A DNA stretch of 64,000 bases from the human T2T-CHM13v2.0 reference genome, Homo sapiens. Each line of letters opens with the position of its first letter. Position 1 is the first letter of the stretch. A program made the position numbers and the translations under genes. The notes beneath the pieces are model-generated. The model had not been told where the DNA came from and did no database searches. It saw only the letters and a list, made by a program, of their open reading frames with translations. Below, piece after piece: positions 14,720 through 28,651 of this stretch. Where the stretch lies: NCBI RefSeq assembly GCF_009914755.1, contig NC_060937.1; one strand, given 5' to 3'.

Positions 14720-16585
14720 TTAATTTTTATTATGACATAAGACAACTGGTAATATGCACCATGATTGAAAAAAGCTTCTCATTCAATTCGATTGGGCCTT
14801 GACATAAGAATAGACATAAACAAGCTAAGAATTGACAATCTAAAAATAAGCCTGCACTTTTACAGTCAATTGATTTTATACAAGCTTAACAAAAGAACAA
14901 AATGGGAAAAGAATAGTCTTTTCAGCAAATGGTGCTGGGACAACTGGGTATCCATAAGCAAAAAATAAATAAATTTCGACCAAATATCTTATTTAATAAT
15001 TAACTCAAAATAAAATAGTTAACTGTAAAAGCTAAAATTATAAAACCCTCAGAAGAAAACACTGGCATAAATCTTTGTGACTGCATTTGCCAGTGTTTTC
15101 TTAGCTATGACTCCAAAGGAAAAATGGATTCAATGGACTTCAAAATTGAAAACTGCTGTGCCTCAGAAGACAGCATGAAGAAATGAAAAGGTAAGACGCC
15201 AAGTAGAAGAAAGTATTTGAAAAGTGTGTATCTGATAAGGGACTTACATATATAGGAAATATAAATAACTCTTGCAATTAATAAATAACAAGATAAGCCA
15301 ATTTTAAAAAATGGGCAAGGATTTTGAATAGATATATCTGCAAAGAAGATATAAAGATGGAAAAGCACATTAATAGATGCTTAATGTAATTAGTCATTAG
15401 GAAAATGTAAATCAAAACCACATGTGGTATCACTTCACACCACAGGATAAAATCTTTGTTCAAGAAAAAAGAGTGTCAGGAAAAATGTAAAGAAATTAAA
15501 ACCCTTATCTAATGCTGCTGGGAATGTAAAGTGATGCAGCCACTTTGGAAAACAAACTGGCAGCTCCTTAAAGGGTTAAGCATGAAGTTACCATATGACA
15601 CACAAATTCCAGTCATAAGTATATACTCCAGAAAAATAAAAACATACGCAAGCACAAAAACTCATACATAAATGTTTACAACAGCATTATTAATAGTAGT
15701 CAAAAGGTGGAAAGAACCAGAACGTCTGTCACCTTTGGCTGGGAGAGAACCCAAAGGTCCATCACCTGGCGAATGGATAAATAAAATGTTTGATGTATCC
15801 ATACAATGGAATATTACTCAGCAATAAGAAGAAATTAAGTACAGATACCGTATTAGGAGGAGACAGCAAAATGCCTAGGCAGATAAGGAAGGGTCCCCGG
15901 AGAATCTCCAACGAGCCCCACAAGTGTTTACACCTGATGTTATGTGCAGATAAGGGAACCTGGACTTGTCTTGCCTGGACATGCCCACAGCAGACTGGAG
16001 GCCCACATGCAGTGGGGGGATGGGGTGGAGTCACCAGGAATTCACACCTTATGCAGAGGAGGAGCCTGGCCGCTTCAGCTCATGTGCTCCTGGTATTCAA
16101 TTGTGAGGTGGAAACCTCTTTGCAGGACCCCTCTCTTTGCTGAGAGCTGTGCTTTCACATAATAAATTCTGCCCTCCTCAATGTGTCTGCATGCTTAATT
16201 TTTCCTGGTCATGAGAGAAGAACACAGATGTAGCTGAACTAAGGAGCAAAAACCCGGCATCAATACCTGCTACAGCACAGATGCAGCATGAAAAATTATG
16301 CTAAGTGAAATAAGCCAGTCCCAGCAGACCACTTGCTTTTTATTTCAGAGGCTTATAGGCAAATCTATACAAAGAAGGTGGGTGGTTCCCTAGGGCTGAG
16401 GGAGGAAGGGAAAACTAGTGAAGATGGCTAAATGATGTGGGGTTTGTTTTTAGGGTGATGAAAATGTTCTAAAATTAATTGTAATGATGACGGCATAACT
16501 CTCTGAAAATACTAAAGTTAATGAATTCTATACTTTAAATGAGTGAATTGCATGGCGTGTTCATTATTTCTCAATAAACCTGTTA
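14720..16585 (+). mobile_element. Old L1M (ORF2 end plus 3'UTR) split by the LTR
   Basis: KWCWDNW motif and L1M 3'UTR motifs. Confidence 0.8.
15849..16262 (+). mobile_element. ERV1 solo LTR (MER61-like) with a 4-bp TSD ATAC, nested in L1M
   Basis: (C/T)G...CA termini, AATAAA, CCCCTCTCTTTGCTGAGAGC; TSD at 15845-15848 and 16263-16266. Confidence 0.8.
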
Positions 16586-16759
16586 CCCCCCACCCCAAAT
16601 TAATTTGGTACTAGAGATCTGCAGATAGGTACTGCTTGGTTTCAAATCACTGGCCAGGGTTCAAGGTCTAAGAGAATCAACAACATGTCCTTTTTATAGA
16701 AAAATAGATTTATATTTTACAAGCTATCCTTTTCATTAGTATCAAGTCTGTAAAATTCA

Positions 16760-17165
16760 ATGAAAAATCTTTCTTTCACTGCTTAAAGCACTGACAGATT
16801 TATATAGAGGAATAAGACCTTGTTTTCCTTGGCCCTAATTTCTATCTAAAGGGTCTGGGAAACACACCCTTCAAACTATCAAATCTCATCAGATGGGTTT
16901 TATTAACACTTATAATGTGGCTTCCTTTCTAATCTGATTCTGGTGCAACATCACAGAGAGAAGAAGCTGAAGGAAATCAAAATAATTTACCCCCAAATAT
17001 ATTGTTTGACGTATTTTGAAATGGCTGCTGCAGGGCCAAGAGATTGAAATGGCCCTCATTAAGGTAGCCCAATCTCCCCTTCTAGGTCTTCCCAGATCTG
17101 GGGAAGATTAACTAAGAGCCTGAGGCATTTAAAGTTTGAAAAGATATATTTACTCTCTATTTTCT
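16760..17165 (+). mobile_element. MER34/MER39-like ERV1 LTR fragment
   Basis: GAAGGAAATCAAAATAATTTACCCCCAAATATAT..ATTTTGAAATGGCTG. Confidence 0.55.
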
Positions 17166-17259
17166 CAACATATTTTGGCAGAATTTGGATTTTTCCATTA
17201 TCAATATTTTCCAAAATGCATGATTTTTAATACCAAAACTGATTTAAAATTACCATACG

Positions 17260-17812
17260 TTGGAATATAAATTATTCTATTATAAAGATACATGCATTTG
17301 CATGTTCACTGCAGCACTATTCACAATAGTAAAGACATGGAATCAACCCAGATGGACATTATCAGTGATAATGGGATAAAGAAAATGTGGTATATATACA
17401 CCATGGAATACTATGGAGCCATAAAAATGAATGAGATCATGCTCTTTGCAGGGATATGGATGAACCCGAAGCTGATATCTTCAGCAAACTAATGCAGGAA
17501 GAAAAAACCAAACACTGCATCTTCTCACTTATAAGTGGGAGCTGAACGATAAGAACACATAGACTCGGGGAGGGGAACAACAAACACTGGGGCCTGTTGG
17601 GGTCAGGAGGGAGAGCATCAAGATCAATAACTAATGCCCACAGGGCTTAATATCTAGGTGATGGATTGATAGGTGCAGCAAACCACCATGCAACACGTTT
17701 ACCTATATAAGAAACTTGTTGGCCAGACTGGTCTTGAACTCCTGACCTCATGATCTTCCTGCCTTGGCCTCCCAAAGTGCTGGGATTACAGGTGTGGCCA
17801 CCATGCCTGGTG
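17260..17812. mobile_element. L1PA 3' fragment (+, 17260-17718) fused to an Alu left-arm fragment (-, 17718-17812)
   Basis: The L1 3'UTR ends before its tail and abuts TTGGCCAGACTGGTCTTGAACTCC. Confidence 0.8.
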
Positions 17813-18164
17813 GCTATTTCTCTTTTTAAATTCTCTCAGGACTCCTAAAATCTCAAAACTTTGACCTAGATTCCCTAATCTACATTTCCAGCTCTGACCA
17901 TTTTCTTGAGGTCTCTTCCTTCTAGTACAAATATTATAGAAAATATTCTCAACCACATGCTCATACATTGCTAATTGGTGCAGATTACTTTTGTAGATAG
18001 TGAATGTTGTCTATTTTATGTTGGTTCTCATTAATGTTACTTTGAGTATACTGTTATTTTCTAATCTCAAAGGGGGACTATCTCACTGTTATGATACTAA
18101 CCAGTATACTTTGTCCTTTTTTTCTTGCTTTCTTCTTTTTTGGACCAGTATACTTTGTCCCTTT

Positions 18165-18502
<338 letters not shown>

Positions 18503-18889
18503 TGAGAATCATATTATCAATTGTTTGCCTTTGTTTTCTTTTAAAGAAATTCCTTTTCCATAGAGATATGGCATGATGAAAGTCTTGTTCTAAAGTTTCT
18601 TTTGGGGGACATTTAACTATGTCATTGGGAAGCTTCAGTAAGTAGAGATCTCCCTTCTTCTCACTCAAGATTCTTCATCTCAAAATGGTGTCCACCAAAT
18701 GTCTTAATCCAGTTAGTCTTTTGTGTAGAAATTCATGAAATAAGAACCTTCTTGAGAAGTTGGAGGCTAGTGATTGAGATGGTTTAACGCTGCCCCTTAT
18801 TATATGTTTTACTCTCAAGGTAGACATCAAAGTGGCTAATAATTCTATGACTGATGTCTAACTCACTTCTAAGGGAATCTATACAAAAC

Positions 18890-19165
18890 GTTTTATTTAT
18901 GAGACAGAGTCTCCCTCTGTTACCCAGCCTGGAGCACAGCAGCTTGATCACTGTTCACTACAGCCTCAATATTCCAAGCTCAAACGACCCTCCTACCACA
19001 GCCTCCCAATGTAGCTGGGACTACAGGCGTGCACCACCATGCCTCAGATAAGTGTTTAAATTTTTTTTTTTTTTTTTTTTTTTTTTTAGAGACAGGGTCT
19101 CACTATATTGCTCTGGCTGGTCTCAAACTCATGGGCTCAAACGATCCTCCTGCTTCAGCCTTCCA
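18890..19165 (-). mobile_element. AluJ
   Basis: Reverse Alu with a long central T tract. Confidence 0.82.
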
Positions 19166-20269
19166 AAACCAGGTGTTTAACTGGAGACTAACATGAAACA
19201 CTTAGAAGACTACGTGGAACATAGTGAACTACATGAAATATTTGCTATTAGCATAATAATTTTATTGTATATCTTAACAAAATTGTGTATTTTAGGCAGG
19301 TGGCATGCCAATGGAAGTACTCTCCTATAGCTGCACTGAATCATTCTTACCACTGAGAGTTGCAGCAAATGGGGGACATAATTTATAACTTACTTTTCTT
19401 TCTGTATGACTCATTAGGCAATGACTATGTATGTACTACAATGTAAACAGCACCTCCTGGATTGAATAGTACATAACTGACATGACCAGCAGAGACAGGC
19501 TAAAGACACTGAGCTGAAAACCCTGGACTCTATTGCTAAATCAAGGCTCCTGAATCCGTTCCCTCTGAGCAACTGTTGCTGTGGTGCTGCCTTCACAAGC
19601 ACTCTGCTGAGCACTCAGATTGAGGGGCTGTGCTATCCGTCATCGGACAAGCTGCACCCAGAACTGTTCAGCTGACAAGCTGGTAGCAGTCCAGAAACAC
19701 AGTTCTGCTGCATAGTGAAAAAAGGCCAATTTAGATTATTTTTCATAGAGAGAAAAACATAAACATGTGATTGAACGAGTCTCCTGTATTAGACTAATTG
19801 GGTTGGCTTTGATATTTAATTGCTAAAAACACACTTAGAATACAAACCTTACTGTGTCAAGGTCTCAAAGAAGAAATAATTGGTATGGTATAAAGTATTG
19901 AATTGTATGCTACAAACTTCTAAGCTAAAATATTTTCAATGTATGCAAGGATAGGTGGCATACATATTATATATTATTCCCCCATTAAGCAAATTTATAA
20001 TGAGAGAAAACTATCTTCCATAAAAAAATAAAAGCCATGTAAAATTAAGAACTAAGTTTTTCTGCACAGACTAGACAACGATTGCTAACACATGAGGTCA
20101 ATGAGAGAACACTCAGAGAAAGCTTCATGAAAACAATAAATTGTCTGCCACGTCTGAGTGAATGAGGCTAGATGAATAGAAACTGAGAAGGCAGAAAGGA
20201 TAGCATGAGCAAGACAAGTGCTGAAATCTGCCCAATTAACTCTGAGGATAAAGTCCAATGGCAGAGAAA

Positions 20270-20770
20270 TAAAAACGCTTGTCCACATAATAACCTGTAA
20301 GTGAATGTTCGCAGCAGCATTTTTCATAAGAGCTAAACAGTGGAAACTAACCTAAAGGTCCATCAACCGATGAATGAATGGAAAACCAGTATAGACATGG
20401 AATAGAATATCACTTAACTATAAGAAGAAATAAACTACCAATGTGTGCTAAAACATTATGCTAAGTGAATTCTGAAAACATTATGCTAAGTGAAAAAGCC
20501 AGTCACAAAGGACTACGTATTGTATAATTCTATGTATATGAAATAAGCAGAACAGGTAAACATATGGAGACAAAAGTAGATAGATGGTGGTTGCCTACAA
20601 CAGAGGTAGGTGGAGGGACATGAAGGAAGGCTGCAGTCATGCCTAGGAGATGTGGGGTTGCTTTTCAGGTGATGAAAATGCTGTGAATATACTAATAGAT
20701 ACTCAGTTGTACATTTTAAATGGTTGAACTCTCTCAAATGTGAATGATATCTCAGTGAAACTGTCTTTAA
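20270..20770 (+). mobile_element. Old L1M 3' end
   Basis: AAACATTATGCTAAGTGAAAAAGCCAGTCACAAAGGAC. Confidence 0.72.
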
Positions 20771-21409
20771 AATCCAAAGGCAGGATCAAGATAATTTTCT
20801 CAACTCTCAATTTTTGATGTACATGTTATCTCAAATTTAAATATTTCCACAGTTTTATAGTATATTTTAAATAAAAGATAAAGAAAATGCCTAACTTTTC
20901 AAATAGTTTGTAAATTAACCTAAAACATGCACTTTTAAAAGAATAGTATAATGGCCTTTCTGTACAAGTTAACCTAGAATCTGTGAAATAAATAGACACA
21001 GATTCTGTGTCCACTCACAAAAGTGAAGAAATAAGACAATTTTCTGGAACATTCCATTAAACATTCTTCTCTGATTTAATCTGGCCTGCCTCATCAGAGC
21101 AATACAAAAATTACTTAAAAATACTGTTTTAACAGGACAAAAGTCAGTTTTCTATGAGGAATGATGTATAATTCTCAACTTTTCCAAGGGTACATATTGT
21201 AAGAGAAAAGGTATGCAATGGTTTTTCAAAATGGTAGAATGAAAGTCACTATATAAAAAAATAAGTACATTATAGAGATAGTAAAATGGAAATAATTCAT
21301 TGTAATGAAAATAAAAAATCAAGCTTCTGCCATAATTAGTATCCTAAAACATGTTATGTAATTCAACTAGCTACAGAATAAACGTTGACATGCTAAGTTC
21401 CATACATAC

Positions 21410-21558
21410 TTGACTTTCCACTTGAAATAATTTCTTCTTTGGGACCTGTGTCTCATCCAAATTAATGTGATAATGTGATATACTTCCAGTGGAGACTCTA
21501 ACATAGTTAATTTTTTTAGGCTGTCAGCTGCTTCTTGCTGAAGTTGTCTCACAACCAC
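21410..21558 (-). pseudogene. ANKRD18/26-like exon (VVVRQLQQEAADSLKK...KKLFQVESQ), 1-nt deletion
   Basis: tctcag|GTGGTTG...AGTCAA|gtatgt; 149 nt, and adding one base restores the frame. Confidence 0.85.
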
Positions 21559-22709
21559 CTGAGAAAATAGTTTTGTTACTGATTTTATAAATTGCCTTAT
21601 TATTAAATTATGTTAATAATATTTAACTCTAACATACGTACTTTGAAAATTATCACCACACATATCGATTCACCTTCTTTTAATCACATGTACACATTTT
21701 TATTTATTACTGAATTCAGTGAGGGATGCACAATATGTTCTCTTCCTGCCAAATTGGTATTCTCTTACTTACATAACAGATTCATCCCACCATTCAATCA
21801 TCTTAGAAGCTCAACTCAACCTCAAAGTTCCTCACATATTCAATCACCTGTTCAAATCCTTCCAACAGATTCCTATCTCAGAATAAAAGTAAAATTCCAA
21901 TGGCCTTTGAGGTCCTAGGTAAACAGGTCTCTACCTCCCTCTCTGACTTCAAAGCTCCTACAACTCCCTCCTGTAATTACTCCATTCCCACTGTACATGA
22001 AGCCTGCCACCCCTCAGTCTGAAAATAGGGATCTAATGCCTTACTCATAAATCACAGGCAGCTACAAGTATCTTTGTACTGAACAAAATTATATTCCAAT
22101 GATAGCCATTGAGCCTTGAAATAAAAATTAGGAGCTAATTATTAATATAAATATTCAAAGTAAACTATAAATACCAGTGGGAAGACTAAACCAAATATAC
22201 TTTTGCTAAATATTACCACATGTATCCTAAATTATGATTTTATAAGAAGTAGGTGCCTTTAAAACATTACATAGTCATAAAAATATGTAATTTGACATAT
22301 TTTCAGATTTGTTAAATTAATATGATTAATAACAAAGATATACCAACTAAAATACATAAAAAGCTACTTAAAGCAAGGTATTACAAGACACAGCAATACA
22401 CTTCAGTTCATCTGGGAAATCTAGAATTAAGTGTCAAAGAAAATCAATTAAATTTTAATTTGAAAATACTCATTTCAGGTGTAAACATTTCCATTTATAC
22501 TTACATTATGGTCTTAACATGTGGCAACATAAAGTCATTAAAATTATTATTTCACCAGTACAGAACTATCTACCTTAAAATATGACTCTGTGCCTAATAA
22601 AATTTCATAGGTGACACAATGTCTTTTCTCAAAGTAAATCATCTCTCACCTCTACCTTTTATTTCCTAGAAATGGGGCACGTTTCTAAGCTGGTATAGTA
22701 AACACGGTT

Positions 22710-22990
22710 TTCCTTTTTTTTTATTAAAACAGCTTTGTTGAAATATAATTTACATACTATAGAATGTATCTGTTTTAACTTAAAGTTAAAAGATTTTTTA
22801 GTCCATTTACTGAGTTGTGCAGCCATCTCTACAATCCAACTTTACAGCATTTCCATCACTGCAAGATCCCTCACGCCCATTAGCAGTCACTACCAGCTTT
22901 CAGCCCCAACCCTTTGCAAACATTAGTCTACTTTTTGTCCCTATACGTTTATCTTTTCTGGATGCTTCATGTAAATGGAATTATACAGTA
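22710..22990 (-). mobile_element. Old L1M 3' end
   Basis: CAGCTTTGTTGAAATATAATTTACATAC..GTTGTGCAGCCATC..ATGGAATTATACAGTATG. Confidence 0.7.
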
Positions 22991-23060
22991 TGGTAAACAC
23001 ACTTTTTATCCATTGATTTTTATATTCAACTAAGTTCAACATGTATCCAGAACCAAATGT

Positions 23061-24032
23061 TTAAATTTTCTTTCTAAAAGTTTGAAAATATTTATCTTCC
23101 TTGATACTTACTACTCTTTCTGCTTTCTCTCTCTCATATTGAAAGAGACTTTCTTTTAAATGATCACATTCATTCATTAGCTTCTTATTTTTCTCTTCTA
23201 GCATGTGGTCTTTCTTTCCACTCTCAATAAAGCCTCTTTGGATATTAGTTATTATCTCTTTATGATCCTCTTTCTGATGAACATCATCTAGTTGCTGTTC
23301 AATGCACGGATTTTCATGTTGGAGTTGACATATCCTCTCTTCTACACAGCTCCACTTTCCAGTGGAATTATTCACTTTAGCTTCTGCATTTTCATACATC
23401 TCTTTCATTTCCTTTATTTGCTGCTGTGTTTGGCTTAGGTCGTTTGGAGAGTTTCTAAAGCCAATGACTTTTTTCTGAGAGTATCTCTTTTCTTACGGAA
23501 CTTATCTTTTAAGGTATTGAATTTAATTTGCTTTTTAGAAAGTTGTTCAGTAAGAAACTCATTCTTATCTTCTACTTCGGAAATATCAGAACTCATTTTT
23601 ACTTGTACGGAAACATCTTGTGTTCACTCTAATGCAAGTTTTACGTTTCTTTCTGTTTTCACACTTTCACTGTGCTTACTTATAGCAGCAGTCAGTCTAG
23701 ACTGATGATTCAATTTCAGCTTCCAGTCTTTTGTTGCTTTCTTCTTCCTTCAACAGTTCGGAATTGAGCCTTGTATTCTCAGCTTTGAGATCATTAAGCT
23801 CTTGTTGATACCGGAATGCTGTTTTTGTTATCAATTCCTCATTGAGTTTTATATACTTTTCAAGGGCAGCATTTGTTTTTTTAACAATTTTAGCGTCCTT
23901 AAGATATTTATTTTCTTTTTCCAGGTTGTCATTTTTCATTGTGCATATTTCCTGTCGGAGTATAGCAATATCTGTCTTCAAAATGCAATTTTCATCCATC
24001 AGATCTTTCATTTCTTCCTGATTATGAAAATC
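23061..24032 (-). pseudogene. ANKRD20A: Large coiled-coil exon (DFHNQEEMKDLMDENCILK...), internal donor at 23112 or read-through to the ANKRD20A-type stop at 23061
   Basis: ORFs 23697-24011 and 23061-23408; frameshifts at ~23705 and ~23445; in-frame TGA at 23624-23626. Confidence 0.92.
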
Positions 24033-25199
24033 CTAAATAAAACAAAAGAAAGTTTTAGTTAGTACTCAATAAAATATCATGATTACCTCTGAAGTTAAAG
24101 AATAACCTGCACATCCATATACTAAAAAGGTTACTGTAAGTGGATATCCAACTGGAGAAAAAGTTGAAGCAAAACTTTGTACTTTATAGAGCATAAGTTC
24201 CAAAAAGTTCAGAAATTTATTTAAAGTCAATGAATTTATAAAAGTAAACACACACACACACACGCACACCAGAGAATTTTTAAGAATTTCAGAATTGGAA
24301 AAGCCTTTCCCTGAATTACAACAAACTCAAAAGCATAAATTAAAGCATTAACAAATTTGACTAAATTAAAATATATCAAAAATTGCATTTACACTTTGAT
24401 ATCTAACCCATACACCACCCTATAGTAAGAACCTTATTTCACACATATTTGGACAGATAAAATTTCCCAGAGTTATTACAGTTCTGTTTCACTGATAACA
24501 TTCTATTTTAATTTGACTCTTTTAACACTTTTATAGTCAGTTGAAAGAATTACATTTACTAAATCATAAATCTAGACATTATACTAGTCACTCCTATATA
24601 CATTCATTGATGAACTCATCTAGTTACCACAAATTTGAAAAAGAAATGTTAAAAATATAAGCAAGCTACAGGATTTTCCCCAGGACTTCTTACTCTACTT
24701 CTAGTTCTCTGACAGATCACAGTTACTTCTGTGGTGTAAATGTATCAATACGAAAGAAAACTTTTATTTCAAAACACCAATGGTAAATAAGATAAAATTT
24801 ATAGAGCTCTTCTTAGAATATCATGAGATTATTTGTGATTGCAATAATTTGTTTCCTCTTTATAGTATTAGGTACAGTAATCAATATGAAATGGCGGGAA
24901 GTACAAGGAACAATTTTACTGGGAACAAAATCTTTATCAATAGGTTATCACTAAGTATATATTATGGCATATTATTGTTTTCAAAAGCTCTTTGTAATAA
25001 AATAATATCCTATGTGGATGCCAAGATTTATAATAAAAATAATTGTACCTGTAAGTGTCATCATTCATTTTTTAAAAATGAGATAACATTTCTGGTTTGT
25101 TTTAGACCAAAATATTATATATTAAATCAAGAGGATATTATAAGTAACATTGATAAAATAAAGTTTAAAATGTAGAATTTTTACCAAAGATTGATTTAT

Positions 25200-25379
25200 C
25201 TGATTTGGAGTATTTCTTGTAGTCTTCGGTTTCATCTCTAGTGATTCAATAGTTGGTTCAAGTTGTTTTGCTTCAACTTCTTTCTTATATTGTTTCTCTT
25301 TCCTTTCTAATTCTTCTCTATTTTTTTGTACAGCATATTAACATTTGTTTTTTCTTCACTTTCTTGTCTTAAGATGCAT
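25200..25379 (-). pseudogene. ANKRD20A: ANKRD20A-like exon (CILRQESEEKTNVNMLYKK/NREELERKEKQY...NTPNQ) with a -1 frameshift and a mutated donor
   Basis: ctgcag|ATGCATC; an A7 run where A8 is needed (~25321); donor reads CAG|ataaat. Confidence 0.85.
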
Positions 25380-26421
25380 CTGCAGACGAAGACATTTATC
25401 TTAAAATTCATTTTGTTAAAAAATAAATCATCCTGTGATCTACCTCTGCAGATGCTCTTTATCATCCTAGTAAAATTTCTATGTTCTGGATTATTTTTCC
25501 TTTGTAGTTCTCAAATATTTAATTTCTCACTTCAACATCTTCAAACGAATGCATATACTTGAAAAGTAGTAAGGAAAGAATATTCTGCTAAAGTTTTTAT
25601 TACTAGTCACTCTAGTATGTATTATACAAAAAGATACTGGAAATAATTCAGTATAGTTAGAAGTTCAAAACTACCTTTTCAAATCACACAGTCATAATTA
25701 CTACCTGATTAGAAAAGGTCATTTACAATCAACTAAATTTTTAAAGTTACTATTTATTGACAAGCATATAAGTTCACTAGAAATAAGTTTTCATCTCTAT
25801 GAAATATTGCAGGTGTCTCTCCAAATGATTTACAGAGTAAGATGTCTCTCACACAAACTGTATCTGCAGATTATTGTCATCTAAAACTAGGCTAAAGAGT
25901 CTAACATCTGTTACCCCACACTTTTTCTAATTCTTTCTTAATACTTCCAATTCACCTTCTTATTACATATATTTTATATATTTATTAAGCTATTGTTCAT
26001 TATGTGTAATATATAATTAATGCCCTTAATAAGTGTGTGTATGTTTACACAAGTTATGTTTTCCTGTGAAATCTAGTCCCAGAAGTGGAGTTGTTGAGTT
26101 AAAGGGATGTCAGGTTATTTGAAATTTTGATAAACAGCACTAAGTTACCCTTCAGAAGTAATTTACCAATTTCATATACCAACAGTGTATGAGAATGCCT
26201 TTTTCCTCTCATTTTCAATGGTAGGAATTACTTTTTCAATATCAGCATGACTTTACAAAATATATCTTATTTTATGTTAATTTGCATTTTTCTGATTACC
26301 AGGCAGGGCTAAATATCCCTGGTAAAACTATAAAACTTTTTAATCATAATGAACATTAGTCCAATTTTGAATTAGTTTATAGCACAATGACAATTATCTG
26401 CTGAGAAATACTGCTATAGGT

Positions 26422-26722
<301 letters not shown>

Positions 26723-26742
26723 CCTGCTATAGGCTTACTTAC

Positions 26743-26906
26743 CTATCATGCTCTTCCTTCAGTTTCTTGGGAAATTGCTGAGGATACGTTTTCCCAATCT
26801 TTCTTTCTTTGGTTAATCTGTCAGCAGCAGCAGAAGATGTACTATGACATACATTTTCTGATAGTTGTATTTTTTCACTTTTGTTTGTATTATTTCCTTC
26901 TTTGAC
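26743..26906 (-). pseudogene. ANKRD20A: ANKRD20A-like exon (164 nt, VKEGNNTNKSEKIQLSEN...KLKEEHDR)
   Basis: ttattaaag|GTCAAAG...CATGATAG|gtaagt; open frame. Confidence 0.9.
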
Positions 26907-28651
26907 CTTTAATAAAAGTAATATGAATAATAATTATTATTTTATTCAATAAAAAAAACTTTTTCCCTGATTTTTTAACTTGATTCAGGTTAACTATCGC
27001 CATTTTAATGATAAAAGTATTTTGTGCTTACTTTAATTTTATCATTATACATAATAATTATAAGATACTCATCATTTTATCATTGAAATTTTTGTCAAGT
27101 CTGCTCATTTCTGTTTGAGTGAATGGAAGAATTTTCCAAAATTTCAAAAAGGACTCTTCTCCATTTTGTGCTTTTATTCGCATCCACTCTTTGCTATCTG
27201 ATATAAATGTTTATGCTAGTTGACTGGCAGAAACAGAGAAATAAAAAGACACAGGCATAACATATATCTTCTGTCATTGCCACATGGATTTTACATGAAA
27301 TAGCCAGATTAAGAGGATGTAACCTTGTAGGCCTTCAAGAACAGTAAAGAAGTTTTCCCTTTTCTGCACTGAGCTATTCTTTTCCCCACTGCCTTTTATC
27401 TCCTTTTTTTTTTTTTTGAATCCTGGGATATCAAAAAAGTGAAAGTTCTCCCTGAACTATGGGAACCAATGTTTGTTTGCCACAACACAAGAAGCAGAGT
27501 GAAACTGCTGAGTTTCTAGTGCAGAATTCTGGAAAACGAGATGCTTCCCAGATTTCACTTTCAATTACCACAAATGTTTATAGGTGGAACACATATGGTA
27601 CAGTTATCTACTTAAGCCATATTATCTACTGAAAACGGGAGTCAAACCAACCAAGACATATGAAATGTTTCATCCAGAGCTCTTGAGGCGGCATTCCCTA
27701 GCATTTCATGGCACCAAATAACATGATACAATTCCATGTTGCTGAATTACATAAATTACCAGATAAATTTATCAAATTAGTCAGATATATTAAAAGTCTA
27801 ACTTGAGCAAAGCAATTTAACACCTCAGAGGGTGGAAAAAGGCCTCATCTACTTTTACTTTGAAAGAAGAAAATCTCTAGATTTTTGTCTATCTTTAGAA
27901 CACAGTGTACAGAACTCAACTTTCTACTAAAGAGTCAAAGGTTAAATTTTTAACTAAGAAATTATGCTTCTTACATGATAAAAATCATACATGCCAAAAC
28001 TTACCATACTTTATTAAACAACATAATGTAAGGTCTGATTCAACAGAAATATTGGAGTGGTGATTTTTTAAAATATGTGGAAGTATATATTTGTTTACAA
28101 AATATTAGAAATAACCATGATGGAACTATAAATTCAAACAGTTTGAGCTAAGCAGATAAACTTGCATGCATGAAAACACATTAAACAGACTCATTTGGCT
28201 GGGAATATTCATTGCAACTCTCAAGGCTAGAAGTGTTTTTGTGGCTCATCTCAGTCATTGCTTCCCTCCCATTGTATTCCCATTCTATCATTAAATAAAT
28301 GTAATTCATCTCTAAATGACTATAGTAAAAAGAATCTAGAATCTAAAACTTATTTCTTTAGCAATTTCTTTATGTTGATCTGGTTCAGAAGGTCACATGG
28401 TATATGGCTGAATTAGTTTCCCAGCTCATATGCTACTTGGAAGACTGAGAGTGAGAATTAGGTTGATTAATGAACAAACATTATGAGAACATTCTCCAGA
28501 ACCGTTGTTTAGATAGCAGGACTAGTCTACTTTGACACATAATTACACATTTAGAAAACCCCGCTGTAACTGTACACATGGGATTTTCTTGAATAGAAAA
28601 TTTGACTAAATCAAATAATTGATAAAGAGAAAAAAGAAGCAGCAAGTGAAC

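Noticed and set aside
20450-20495. 20-bp direct repeat (a similar one lies at ~5485-5523)
   Set aside because: Ordinary local slippage duplications inside old L1 fragments.
23061-24011. Two independent coiled-coil genes (115 aa and 104 aa)
   Set aside because: They are frameshifted fragments of one pseudogene exon.
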